Assembly: GCF_004010195.1 (NCBI RefSeq)
Contig: NC_057719.1
Coordinates: forward strand, 23,732,313 to 23,796,312
DNA from: Chiloscyllium plagiosum
Lineage: Eukaryota
Direction: 5' to 3'
DNA length: 64,000 nt
The notes beneath the pieces were generated by a model. The model was not told where the DNA came from. It did no database searches and saw only the letters and a list, made by a program, of their open reading frames with translations. Positions 24,346 through 36,047 of the stretch are shown piece by piece. The position numbers and the translations under genes were made by a program. Each line of letters starts with the position of its first letter. The first letter of the stretch is position 1.

Positions 24346-25904
24346 AGGTGCTGGAAAAGCACAGCAGGTCAGGCAGCATCCGAGAAGCAGGAAAATCAAA
24401 GTTTTGGGCAGGAGTCCTTCATCAGCAATGAGGCTGAGAGCCTCCAGGGTGGAGAGATAAATGGGAGGGTGGTGGGGCTGGGGAGAAGGTAGCTAAGGTG
24501 CAATAGGTGAATGGGGGCAGGGATAAAGGTGATAGGCTGAAGAGGAGGGTGGAGCTGTTAGGTGGGAACGAAGATTGGCAGGTAGGACAGGTCATGAGGA
24601 TAGTGCTGAGCTGGAAGGTTGGAACTGGGATAAGGAAGGGGGAGGGTAAATGAGGAAACTGGTGAAGTCCACATTGATGCCCTGGGGTTGAAGTGTTCTG
24701 AGGCAGAAGATGAGATGTTCTTCCTCCAGACGCGGGTGGTGAGGGAGTGGCAGTGGAGGAGGCCCGGGACCTGCATGTCCTCAGCAGAGTGGGAGAGGAG
24801 TTGAAATGTTCGGCCATGGGTCGGTGGGGTTGAATGGTGCAGGTGTCCTGGAGATGTTCCCTAAAGCGCTCTGCGAGAAGGCGTCCAGTCTCCCCTATGT
24901 AAAAGTGACCGCATTGGGAGCAACAGATACAATAAATGACATTGGTGGATGTGCAGGTGGAACTTTGGTGGATGTGGAAGGCTCCTTTGGGGCCTTGGAT
25001 AGAGGTGAGGGAGGAGTTGTGGGTACAGGTTTTGCAATTCCTACGGTGGCAGGGGAAGGTGCCAGGACAGGAGAGTGGGTTGTTGGGGGGCGTGGACCTG
25101 GCCAGGTAGTCACGGAGGGAATGGGACCTGACCTGACCTGACCTTCCTCTGCCATTGCAGGAATTACAAAACCTATGCCCACACCTCCCCCCTCACCTCC
25201 ATCTAAGGCCCCAAAGGAGCCTTCCACATCCACCAAAGTTTTACCTGCACATCCACCAATGTCATTTGTTGTATCCGTTGCTCCCGATGCGCTCTCCTCT
25301 ACATTGGGGAGACTGGACGCCTTCTCGCAGAGGACTTTAGGGAACACCTCCAGGACACATGCACCAATCAACCCCATTGCCATGTAGCTGAACATTTCAA
25401 CTCACTTTCCCACTCTGCCAAGGACATGCAGGTCCTGGGCCTCCTCACTGCCATTCCCTCACCACCCAACGCCTGGAGGAAGAATACCTCATCTTCAGCC
25501 TTGAAACACTTTAACCCCAGGGCATCAATGTGGACTTCACCAGTGTCCTAACTTCCCCTCCCCCCACCTTACCCCAGTTCCAACCTGCCAGCTCAGCACC
25601 ATCCACATGACCTGTCCTACTTGCTAATCTTCCTTCCCACCTATCCACTCAACCCTCCTCTCCAACCTATCACCTTTACCCCCACCTCCATCCATGTATT
25701 GCTCTCTTAGCTACCTTCTCCTCAGCCCCACCCCCCTCCCATTTATCTCTCCACCCCAGAGGCTCCCAGTCTCATTCCTGATGGAGGGCTCCTGCCCGAA
25801 ACCTCGATTTTCCTGCTCCTCAGATGCTGCCTGACCTGCTGTGCTTTTCCAGCATCACTCTAATCTTGACTCTGATCTTCAGCATCTGCAGTCCTTACTT
25901 TCAC
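24346..25904. mobile_element. Penelope-like element as a 1.56-kb inverted duplication of GIY-YIG plus pLTR
   Basis: 12-bp TSD ccattcctaggg at 24334-24345 and 25905-25916; arms 24347-25060 and 25141-25856; NVICCIRCSRCALLYIGETGRLLAEDFREHL at about 25258-25350, mirrored on the minus strand. Confidence 0.93.
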
Positions 25905-26208
25905 CCATTCCTAGGGCGGGTTGAGCCAAGAGTGTCATTGTGTAATTCAAAAGCCATTAGGCAAAAATAATATTGAAAACAACAAAAGTTGAATCCTGTT
26001 TATTCACACACTGGAGCAGTTGCAAGTGCAAACCTCTGAGGATCACCTTGAAGCAGTTTGGGAAAAGGGTCCTCACAGCCAACATCACAATGATGAGGTC
26101 TGGGAAGGGCGTTGGTAAAGAACAAAGAGAGACATCACAGGAAAACAGGAGTGGTCTCACCTGACTGTAGAAGAACAGGTTGCAAGGGGAAGATCTGATT
26201 GGTAAGTA

Positions 26209-27336
26209 GAGGTAGCCCTTGGATAACATGCATCTTGGCAGCGCATTTTGCTTATAACATTGCTGAGGAATTAAGGAATGGTATTTTTGAGAACGCTTAC
26301 CTCTGCAATAGCGCAATTCCAGCAGTGGTCATTTTGCGCACTTCATTCTGCGTATGTTCCAATGTCCGTGCCGAAGACTCCATTCCAATCTGCGCATGTG
26401 CCAATGTCCATGCCGAAGACTCTGCGCCATTCTGTGTATGTGCCAATGTCCATGCCAAAGTCTCCATGTCATTCTGCGCATGTGCTGATGTCTGTACCGA
26501 AGACTGCGCCATTCTGTGCATGTGCCGATGTCAGTGCCAAAGTCTCAGTGCCATTCTACACATGTTCCAATGTCCGTGCCAAAGTCTCCATGCCATTCCA
26601 TGAATGTGCCGATGTCTGTGCCGAAGTCTCCACATCGTTCCATGAATGTGTTGATGTCCGTGCCGAAGTCTCCAAACTGTTCTATCCATGTGCCAAAGTC
26701 CATGCCGAAGTCTCCACGCCGTTCCGCACATATGCCAATGTCCGTGCTGAAGTATCCGCGCCATTCTGTGCATGTGTCAATGTCAACTGCTGACAGAACA
26801 GCTTTCTGCGAGAGGTACTGTAGAGAGAGCACTTTCTGAGAGAGATATGTTGAGCAGCTTCCTGTGAAAAGTGCACCACTCCTAGATTAAAGCAGATGGG
26901 CATAGTGGCAAGAATATTAACAAGACACATCCTGGAGATAAAATTGCTGGTGGTGAACACAAAAGAAAGGGTATAACAATGGAAGAGAAGCTCGATATTA
27001 TAAAGCATTTTGAACATAAGGAGAGAATATATGACATAGCTCCCTTAACAGGAATGAGGGAGTCTACCTTAAGCACCATTATAACCCTCTGTCCCTGCAT
27101 TAACAATATTTTTTAAATGTACTGTGTTAAATTTACTTTTATTTCATTGATAATATGATTCATACCTTCATTCAGGCTGTGCTATACTTTGTGTTAGACT
27201 TTTGGGAGATTTTTGAGCGCTTGTGCGGGATATTTTTTTCTGGTCTGCTCCTCACCCCACTTTTTGCATAGGCCTCATTGTTCCTATTGAGCAATTCTTT
27301 TTATTCAGCAAGGTTTCACTGGAATGCAACTGCCTG
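26209..27336 (+). mobile_element. Tigger/pogo-type DNA transposon, internally deleted
   Basis: CENP-B/psq-type HTH KRKGITMEEKLDIIKHFEHKERIYDIAPLTGMRESTLSTII at 26961-27083; decayed termini TA|gaggtag ... ctgcctg|TA. Confidence 0.75.
26355..26784. repeat. 42-bp minisatellite, 10 units plus a partial unit
   Basis: Consensus about tgtgccaatgtccgtgccgaagtctccacgccattctgcgca; one unit is 40 bp. Confidence 0.95.
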
Positions 27337-27489
27337 TAGTAGGTAAGATCAGATAAATATTTTCAACTATTATGACTATGATTTGTCAGGTCCTTTTGTG
27401 GTTTACAGTTTCTAAGCATTGTATTCTGTGGTAACAAGGAACAAGAAAGAAAGGCACTAGAGAAATAGATACAGTATTATTTGATATTA

Positions 27490-30100
27490 AGCATCTTCCA
27501 AAAGGTTTAATTTAGCTGGGTAAGTGATGGCAGGAGAACTCAAATCTGGGTTTGCTTCTCCAGCTCTGAGGGAAGCTTGGTGGGGGGAGCCGGAATGTAT
27601 GCAGAAAGTGTCTCCAGCTGCAGCTCCTAGAAGCCCCTGGGCTTTGGAACTGGAGTGACAGCTGGGGACACTGTGGAGCATCCAGGAAGCTGAGAGAATT
27701 GTGGGTAGCACAGACAGAGACATGGTTACACCACAGCTAAGACTCAATAGGCAGAGAGGGAATGGAGGACTACCAGGCAGAGTAAGAGGATTAGGCTGGC
27801 AGTGCAAGAACTCCCTGTGGCCATTCCCTGAACACACATTGACCACTTTGGATACAGCTAAGGGGAATGACCTGTCAGAGGAAAACAGCAACAGCCAAAT
27901 TCATGGCATCATGGTTATCTCAACTACACAGGGGAGCAGCAAAAAGTGTGGAATTCCAATAGACATCAGGATTTAATTGTAAGAGGAATAGATAGGCATT
28001 TTTGCGACCCAAATAAGACTCTTGGATGGTATGTTGCCTCCCCGATGCTAGGGTCAAGAATGGCTCCGAGCAGTTACAGGACATCCTGGAGGGGGAGTAT
28101 GAACAGCCAGTGGTTTTGGTATGTATTTGTACCGATGACATAAGTTTCAAAAAAAGGGATGAGAACCTTAAAAGGAGAATACAGGGAGTTAGGAAGCAAG
28201 CTGAAAAGTAGGATCTCCAAGACAGTGATCTCAAAATCGCTACCAGTGCCACGTTCTAGTCAGAGTAGAAATTGCAGAATATTGCAAATGAACACATGGC
28301 TAAAGAAATGGTGTGATCCAAAGGGTTACAGTTTCCTGGGGCATTGGGACCAGTTCTGGGGGCGGTGGGATCAGTGCAAACTAGACAGGTAACTTGTAGA
28401 CAGCACCAGGACTAAGGCCTAAGGGGAGTATTTGCTAGAGTCTTTAAACAACAGACTTTAAACTAAATTGGCAGAAGGATGGGAACCTACTTGGGCTGAG
28501 GAGTGGCAGATGGAGTCGCAGGTAGATAGGATGGTGAAGAAGGCATTTGGTATGCTTTCGTTTATTGGTCAGAGTATTGAGTACAGGAGTTGGGAGGTCA
28601 TGTTGCGGCTGTAAAGGACATTGGTTAGGCCACTGTAGAATATTGCGTGCAATTCTGGTCTCCTTCTTATCGGAAAGATGTTGTGAAACTTGAAAGGGTT
28701 CAGAAAAGATTTACAAGGATGTCAGAGTATTGAGTACAGGAGTTGGGAGGTCATGTTGCGACTGTAAAGGACATTGGTTAGGCCACTTTTGGAAAATTGC
28801 GTGCACCAGAGGATGTGGTGGAGGCTGGTACAATTGCAGCATTTAAGAGGCATTTGGATGGGTATATGAATAGGAAGGGTTTGGAGGGATATGGGCCGGG
28901 TGCTGGCAGTGGGACTAGATTGGGATGTCTGGTCGGCGTGGACGGGTTGGACCAAAGGGTCTGTTTCCATGCTGTACATCTTTATTATTCTATGATTCTA
29001 TGACTCTATGACAAAAGCAAATGACAAAAAGCGGGTAAGAGAGGGGCTAAGTAGAGGAAACATCCGCCATGTTAAACAAGGACACAGTAAAAGATAGTAG
29101 GAATGGGACCAGGAATGTTAAAAGAAACAAGCTTTCAGGCTTTGTACCTGAACGCACAAGGCATTCGAAATGAAGTGGAAGAATTAATTATACAAATAGA
29201 TCCAAATGGCTATGGTAGAGTTGGGATCATGGAGACATTGCTGCAGGGTTACCAGGGACAGAAACTGAACACGTTCAGTTTTTAGGAAGGACAGTGAAAA
29301 AGGGAAAGGTAAAACAGGATATAAACACAATATTGAGGAAAGGTTTTAGCTCAGACAAATTGGAATATGTGTGGGTTGAAATACCAAGGGCAAAAAAACA
29401 GGGGTGGTATATAGACCATCTACATAGACCAAGCTGTAGTGATGATGTTGGGAATGGCATTAAATAGAAAATCAGAGATGCATGCAATAAAGGAGCATCT
29501 AAAATTATGGGTGACTTTAATCACATATAGATTAGTCACAGTACCGTAGAGAAAACATTCTTAGATTGCATACAGGATTATTGGCACAATACATTGCGGA
29601 ACCAACTGGAGAACAGCCATCTTAGACTGGGTATTATGCAATAAGAAAGGAATTATTGTTAATTTAGTTGTGAGAGACTCCTTGGTATGAGCAATTATAA
29701 TATGATAGAATTATTCATCAAGATGGAGAGTGAGGTAGTTGATTCAGAAACTCGGATCCTGAATCCTAATTAGACAACCTATGATGATATGAGGCATGAG
29801 TTAGCTATGATGGATTGGGAAATGTTGCTGAAAGGAATGACAGTGGATAAACAATGCAAAACATTCAAAGAACAAATAGATGAGCTACAAAAATTGTTTA
29901 TTCCTGTTTGGTGCATGAGTGCAAAGAGAATAGTGGCCAAAAATGGCTTACAGGGAAGGTTAGAGATAAAATTAGATGCAAAAAAGACCATACAAATTGG
30001 CAACTAAAATAGGCCTGAGGATTGGGAACAATTTAGAAGCCAGCAAAGGAGGACCAAGGGATTGATTAAGAAGGGGAAAATAGATTATGAGAGTAAGTTT
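27490..30100 (+). mobile_element. Old CR1 LINE 5' portion: ORF1 (C-x2-C region plus SGNH-esterase-like domain) and endonuclease region
   Basis: DLIVRGIDRHFC, MVCCLPDARVKNGSEQLQDILEGEYEQPVVLVCICTDDI, FLGHWDQFWGRWD; ALYLNAQGIRN and IMGDFN (endonuclease). Confidence 0.88.
28492..29010 (+). mobile_element. Younger rearranged CR1 3' fragment nested in the older CR1
   Basis: High similarity to the 12582-13600 family, with internal deletions, an internal duplication and a (ctatgat)n tail. Confidence 0.88.
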
Positions 30101-30432
30101 GGAACACTTTCTTCAACATATCTAATACATCTTCACATCCTTCATAAAATGTGATGCTCAAAACTGGCCATGATACCTCAGCTGAAGTCGAACTAGCGTT
30201 TTACAAAGTTTTGCTATAACCTTCTTCGTTTTGCATTTTCTGCATCAGTTTGTACAGCACACTTCTTATTAACTGCTTTCCTAACCTGTTTTAAAATCTT
30301 CAACATTTATTTGTACCTCCTGTTCCCTCTGCTCCTCCACTCCCTTTAGAGTTGTAACTTCTAGTTTATATTGCCTCTCTTCATTTCTAACTCACTACAT
30401 GAGAGAATTGTATAAACAAAACTAGAATATTC

Positions 30433-31031
30433 TGTGATGATACAATTGCTTTAAGAGGTGTATTTTGTCCTTTTTTTATGATGATAGATCGAGACAGTGG
30501 TATAGAGTGATCTGCTTCCAGCCAATAAAGTAAATAACTTGTGAGGCCTTGGGGCTTATTTTTAAAGTTGGAACAATAGAAACAACCTGAATGGATGGTG
30601 TCAAGCTCCCACAGAACCAAGATTTTTAATTTGGCTTTCAGTCGCTGTTCGGGTTGTGAAAGCTGCTACACTCTCTTCTCTTTGCTACAGCTAAAGGCTT
30701 GGGTTCATTTCCTGTTGCTAGAATTGCATGTGAGACAATCTATTTTACTGACTTTGCTTTTGCCAAGGGTGTGTTTCTGGAATCTTATTATATTGGAACA
30801 GTTAATGAGTAGTTTATTATTTTGTTCAGTATTTCCATAGAGCTATATTATTTTGTCTGTATTTTAACTATGGTGTGTGAATAAAGTGTGTTTTGCTTCA
30901 AGACGAGATGTTTGACCAATCAAATTGCATCTGGATTGCAACGTCTGGTACTTGCCTTTAAAATAAGAAAAAGTTCAGGTCTAGGCTATCTCCTTGGCGT
31001 GTTTTGAGGGAGTTTGGTCTGGTCCATAATA
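30433..31031 (+). mobile_element. Probable solo LTR (Gypsy-like, 4-bp TSD)
   Basis: attc|tgtgatg ... cataata|attc (TG..CA decayed to TG..TA); AATAAA at 30880. Confidence 0.7.
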
Positions 31032-31149
31032 ATTCTGCCCAAATGCTGTGTAAAGAATTAGCTCGAAACATGAAGGCCTTTCATATTGCGAATGTGTCAC
31101 AATCTCATTTGAGGGAATGTCGCAATGCTAGCTAACAATGGGATGATTA

Positions 31150-31483
31150 TAGAGTCCCTACAGTGCAGAATGAGGCCATTTGGCCCATCAAGTCTGCACT
31201 GACCGTCTGAAGAGCATCCCATCCAAACACAGTCTCCTACCCTATCCTGTAACCCTGCATTATGATGGCTAATCCACCTAGCCTGCACATCCCAGGACAC
31301 AAAGTACAATTTAGCATCCACTTAACCTTTAATCCACAACTTTTAATTGTGGGACAAAACTGGAGTTGCTGCAGGAAACCCATGTAGACCTGTGGAGAAC
31401 ATGTAAATCCACACAGATAATTACTCAAGGCTGGAATCGAACAATAAGTCAGCAATGCTAACCACTGAGCCACCATACCACCA
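31150..31483 (-). mobile_element. HE1/V-SINE-type SINE, diverged
   Basis: gctaaccactgagccaccatacc head; cctacagtgcagaatgaggccatttggccc tail. Confidence 0.85.
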
Positions 31484-31662
31484 TGAGAAGGGACTGCAAA
31501 TTCTGAAGACAATGCAATGTAGTAAGTGAAAAAATTTCCAATTTAATTGCAAACGTGATGTCTTATTACTGGGGTGTGTGAAATGCTCCCCTGTTGCTTT
31601 GGCTTCTTCTGTTTATACCTTTGAATTCTGTTGACTTTCATATTTCACCTTCAATATCTCAC

Positions 31663-32966
31663 CTTCCTCGGAACCAGAGAAAACATTTCAATTCCATTGC
31701 AGAGTCACGTTCCAAGATAACAATCAAGTAATGCACTGAATAGGTTTTAGATGCTCTATCATGAGTGTGAAGCGAGTGATAGTCCATGGTTCTAGTGAGA
31801 TTAAGATATGGATTTAGATTACAGCATCGGAGAGCACATTGTAGAGGGAACATTGATCAAGGCAATAGCTATGTAATCTCCCAGGGAATTGGGTGAAGTG
31901 AGAAATGTCAATATGGTTGTGTAGAATGCCCTTGATAACATGATGATCTTTACACTAACTGCAGCCAGCGAAGAGAAGTTTCCACTTACATTAACCCACT
32001 AAGTCCTAGTTGCATTCTGATTGTAGGTAGTATATGTTGCAGCTGCCCAAATCCCTTTTGCCTTTAACTGATCTGCTTCAGTGGATAATATATTAAGTGT
32101 TGACTCCAGAATATACGCCTTTCCCAGGGGTGAGGGAAGGTAATAGTTATGAACGGCTTCAAATATTATTGCTAGCAACCTCCATTTCAGAGATGGTTTG
32201 AAGTGTTGGTTTTGAAATACTTGCATTGTTAATTTTCTGTTATTTTTCTGTGGATTTTCTCTCATGTCTTCCTGAATTGATACCATTGACACATTGTACT
32301 GCACTGTTTCATAAGTGGCTGCCTGCCTGTTCATTTGGCTGTTATTCTTTTGTGCATCTTGAGCTTGAGAAGGCGTAGAGACCACAGGGGAAATTATAAT
32401 CAAGTCGAATCCTTTCTTCACCCAACCTCAGCAAACATGCACTTCCAGCTGGGCTAATAATTGGAAGTGAAATAGCTGTCTGATTTCCCTTCCCCAGTGT
32501 AAGGGAAATAAACACTTCTACTTTTAAGATTAGATAATGCAACACAGATCTGGAACTATCATGCCTAAATCAGGTCTCCTCAAAGCAGAATTGGGACGCC
32601 AAATGGGGTCACGAGCTGTAGTTTTCAGGTTGTGAGCCCTGAGTCTGTAATGGTTGCAATGGAACTTTGACAGATTTGCAATAATCTGTAACCCTGCTCT
32701 AACAGTCTTTGAACAGCCCACTCTTACCAGCCTCAGTGTAGGGACAGAATGGTTTTTAAACCTTGACGTGAGGCCACAATGGGTAAATATTTGCGGAGCA
32801 CACATCATTAAAGGGAAACTTATGAACACAGAAGAGTATGGAAATACTGGACAGGACGAAAAGCTAAGGCTGCCCTTCAATCCTGCTCTGCACCATATAA
32901 GACCCCGCAGCCACAAGGAGACACTTCCTAATCCTTCGTCACCCTCCCCAGCAGGCATGTCATTTC
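31663..32966 (-). pseudogene. Possible decayed large exon of an unidentified gene
   Basis: Acceptor ctttttctattcgcag and donor AAG|gtgaga; two about 140-codon ORFs in the same frame, bridged by an ORF in another frame; no recognisable domain. Confidence 0.3.
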
Positions 32967-33593
32967 CTGCGAATAGAAAAAGACAAGTCCTAAAAAAAAG
33001 GAGGAAAGCTGGAAAATTCTCTCAGTTCTCTCAGATGATCAATAATCCAGGAGATTCCAACATTTGGGGGTATATATAAACTAGTCAATTACATTCTTGC
33101 TGTAGATTTTTTAAGGAGGGTGTAAGTTTAACACAAGGAGACAGTATGTTTGTTTCCGGTGGGAGGTTAAATTTCTGTATCCTGATCCTGAACCACTTCC
33201 AACTGGCCCATTTCTGGTTTTAACAGAGGTGGAACAGAAAGTTTCGTCTCATGACCCACTAATAATAAATACTATATTGACGATGGCAGCCTCACATTAT
33301 TCTTTGTTTTCAAATGTTACGTGAGCAGCCATGTTTCCCAGGTCTCAAGGACCCCAACAATTAGTAGAAGACGAAACCTGCTAAATTCAGAAACTAAGCG
33401 CCTTTCCACTGACCTCTTCCCAAATCAAAATACCTGCTGCTTTCTCATCTTCCCAAATAATCTCCTGCCACTTCCTGAGGCCTCCAATCTTGCATCCCAT
33501 TATAGTATCTGAACTCAAATCCTCCGATGCCCCAGTTCTCACATCGAGCTTCTGAACTCTGCTTCAACTTCCTGCAACTCTTCCGGTTTCCAA

Positions 33594-33785
33594 ACCTCTA
33601 AATGACGGTGCCACCTTCACCCCCACCCCCACCCCACCTCTAAATGATGGTGCCACCTTCACCCCCACCACCACCCCACCTCTAAATGATAGTGCCACCT
33701 TGATCCCCACCTCTAAACGATTTGCCACCTTAATCCCCACCTCTAAACAATTTGCCACCTTCACCCCTACCCACACCCCACTTGC
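33594..33785. repeat. C-rich minisatellite with 42- and 30-bp units
   Basis: Five copies of cctctaaa..tgccacctt separated by ccccac tracts. Confidence 0.85.
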
Positions 33786-34388
33786 CAGCTTAAACTTTCT
33801 TACCTTTGTTCTTTCCATCAGCGTCCCAGCTCTTATTTCTCAGGTCACCCAAATGCCAGCCCTCATCATCTCAGCCTCTAACCAGCCCAGTGTCTGACCC
33901 CACCGCAGCCTCTACTCTCCACATTCTTCATCACCAGCTCGTGTCCAACCACTGACCCCAGACTACCACCTACCTGCCACTTCTTTGGAAGATCTCTGGC
34001 ATTCATAGTCTGTTATCTCTAATACTTCTCTTACACCTCTGTTTCTGCTTTGGTCCTGTCAGCATCACTGATATCTCTATTCTGCCAACATTTACATTGT
34101 TAACACCACTGAACCAGATTTGATCTGCTGGCGTGGCAATGGAAAACCTACAAATGGAAGTAATCTGAAGATGGATCTTGAAGATTTTGGATGATGGGGC
34201 TGTGATTAAATTCATTTCCTGGGGATTGAATTGTAGCAGGGAAGCCAGCATTTTCTGTGAAATATAACATGATGAGCACGATCAGTTCAGGAGTTAGTAC
34301 ATGACAACATTCAGTTCTGCCATACAATTCAGGAGGGTGTTATTGCAAGCTTTTCATGAGACTGCTCAGGACAGTTCATAGAATTTAT

Positions 34389-34711
34389 GGGCGGCACGGT
34401 GGCACAGTGGTTAGCACTGCTGCCTCACAGCGCCAGAGACCTGGGTTCAATTCCTGCCTCAGGCGACTGACTGTGTGGAGTTTGCACATTCTCCCCATGT
34501 CTGCGTGGGTTTCCTCCGGGTGCTCCGGTTTCCTCCCACAGTCCAAAGATGTGCAGGTCAGGTGAATTGGCCATGCTAAATTGCCCGTAGTGTTAGGTAA
34601 GGGGTAGATGTAGGGGTATGGGTGGGTTGCGCTTCGGCGGGGCGGTGTGGACTTGTTGGGCCGAAGGGCCTGTTTCCACACTGTAATGTAATGTAATCTA
34701 ATCTAATCTAA
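34389..34711 (+). mobile_element. Full-length, young HE1-type V-SINE
   Basis: A-box tggcacagtgg, B-box ggttcaattcc, V-domain core, CR1-like tail ggccgaagggcctgtttccacactgt, (taatc)n end, CpGs retained. Confidence 0.95.
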
Positions 34712-35247
34712 TTGTTACGGTACAGGAGAAAGCCATTTGGCCCATTATATTTGCACCAGCTCTTCAACCATGCATCATTACCTCGTGCCAATCTCCTGCT
34801 TTCTCGCATACCTTTGCATACTCTTTCTATCTAAATAATCTTCCAATATCCTCTTGAATGCTTCACTTGAACTGTGTCCAATGCACTTCCAGGCAGTGCA
34901 TTCCATATTCCAACCACTCGCTGTGTGAACAAGATTTTTTTCTCACATCACCTTTGCATCACTTTAAATCTATGTCCTCTTGTTCTTGCTCCTTATACGA
35001 GCAGGAACAGCATCTCCCAATCTAGTCTGTCCAGCCCATTCGTGATTTTGAAAACCTCTAACGGATCTCTTCTCAGCCTTCTTCTCTGCAAGGAGACAGT
35101 CCCAACTTCTTTAATCTAGCTTCATAACTTAAGGTTCTTGTTCTTGGAAATATGTTTGTAAATCACTTCTGCACTGTCTCTAAAGCATTCGTATCTTTTC
35201 AATAATGTTGTGCCCACAACAGTACACAATACTCCAGCTGAGGCCTC
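34712..35247 (-). mobile_element. Old CR1 3' fragment (resumes at about 36048-36110)
   Basis: ccaggcagtgcattcc, cacaatactccagctgaggcct. Confidence 0.75.
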
Positions 35248-36047
35248 GCAAGGAGTTGCAGATGGAGTTTAATTTAGATATTGAATTTTGGAAAGATGAA
35301 TAAGGGTTGGACTTATACAGTTAATGGGAGCAGCCCAGGTAGTGTTGTCAGACAAAGAGACGTAAGGGTGCAGGCACATAGTTCTTTAAAAGCTGTATCA
35401 CAGATAGACAGGCTGGTTAAGAAGGTGTTTAGCACTCGTGCCTTTATTGCTCAGACCACTGAGTATAGGAGTTGCGACATCATGTTGAGGTTGTACCGGA
35501 TGTTGGTGAGGCCACTTCTGGAGTACTGTGTACAGTTCAGGTCATCCTGCTATAGGAAGGATATTATTAAATTGGACAGGGTTCAGAAAAGATTTACAAG
35601 GAATGTTGCTGGGACTGGAGGATGTGAGTTATAAGGAGAGATTGGATGTGCTAGGACATTTTTCAAGGAGCATAGGAAGTTGAGGAGTGACCTTAAGGAG
35701 GATTATAAAATCATGAGGGGCACAGATAAGGTGAATAGCAAAGATATTTTCCCTAGGGTGGGGGGGTTCAAAACTAGAGGGCATATTTTTGAAGAGAGAG
35801 AAGAAAGATTTAAAAGGGACCTGAGGGCCACCTTTATCACACCGAGGGTGGGTCATATGTAAAAATTAACTGCCAGAGAAAGTGGTAGATGCAGGTACAG
35901 TTACAATGTTTAGACGTGAATGGGAAAAGTTTAGAGGAATATGAGCCCGATGCCTGCAAATGGGACTAGATTTGTTTGGGAAACTAGGTCAGCATAGATG
36001 AGTTGGACTGACGAGTCTGTTACTGTGATGTATGACTTTATGACTCT
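35248..36047 (+). mobile_element. CR1 3' fragment inserted into the preceding CR1
   Basis: [25 protein letters not shown]; tatgact tail. Confidence 0.9.

Noticed and set aside
24806..25395. Pro-rich and Gly-rich ORFs sharing PSKAPKEPSTSTKV
   Set aside because: Off-frame and antisense readings of the inverted PLE arms
26355..26784. CRISPR-like array or repeat-protein gene (134-171 aa ORFs)
   Set aside because: Units are contiguous with no unique spacers, no cas genes are present and the context is eukaryotic; the ORFs result from the 42-bp period
34389..34460. tRNA gene
   Set aside because: tRNA-derived SINE head continuing into the SINE body; no full cloverleaf
34385..34681. 98-119 aa ORFs (..CGRKPEHPEETHAD..) here and at 58084-58443
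   Set aside because: Antisense translation of the HE1 SINE
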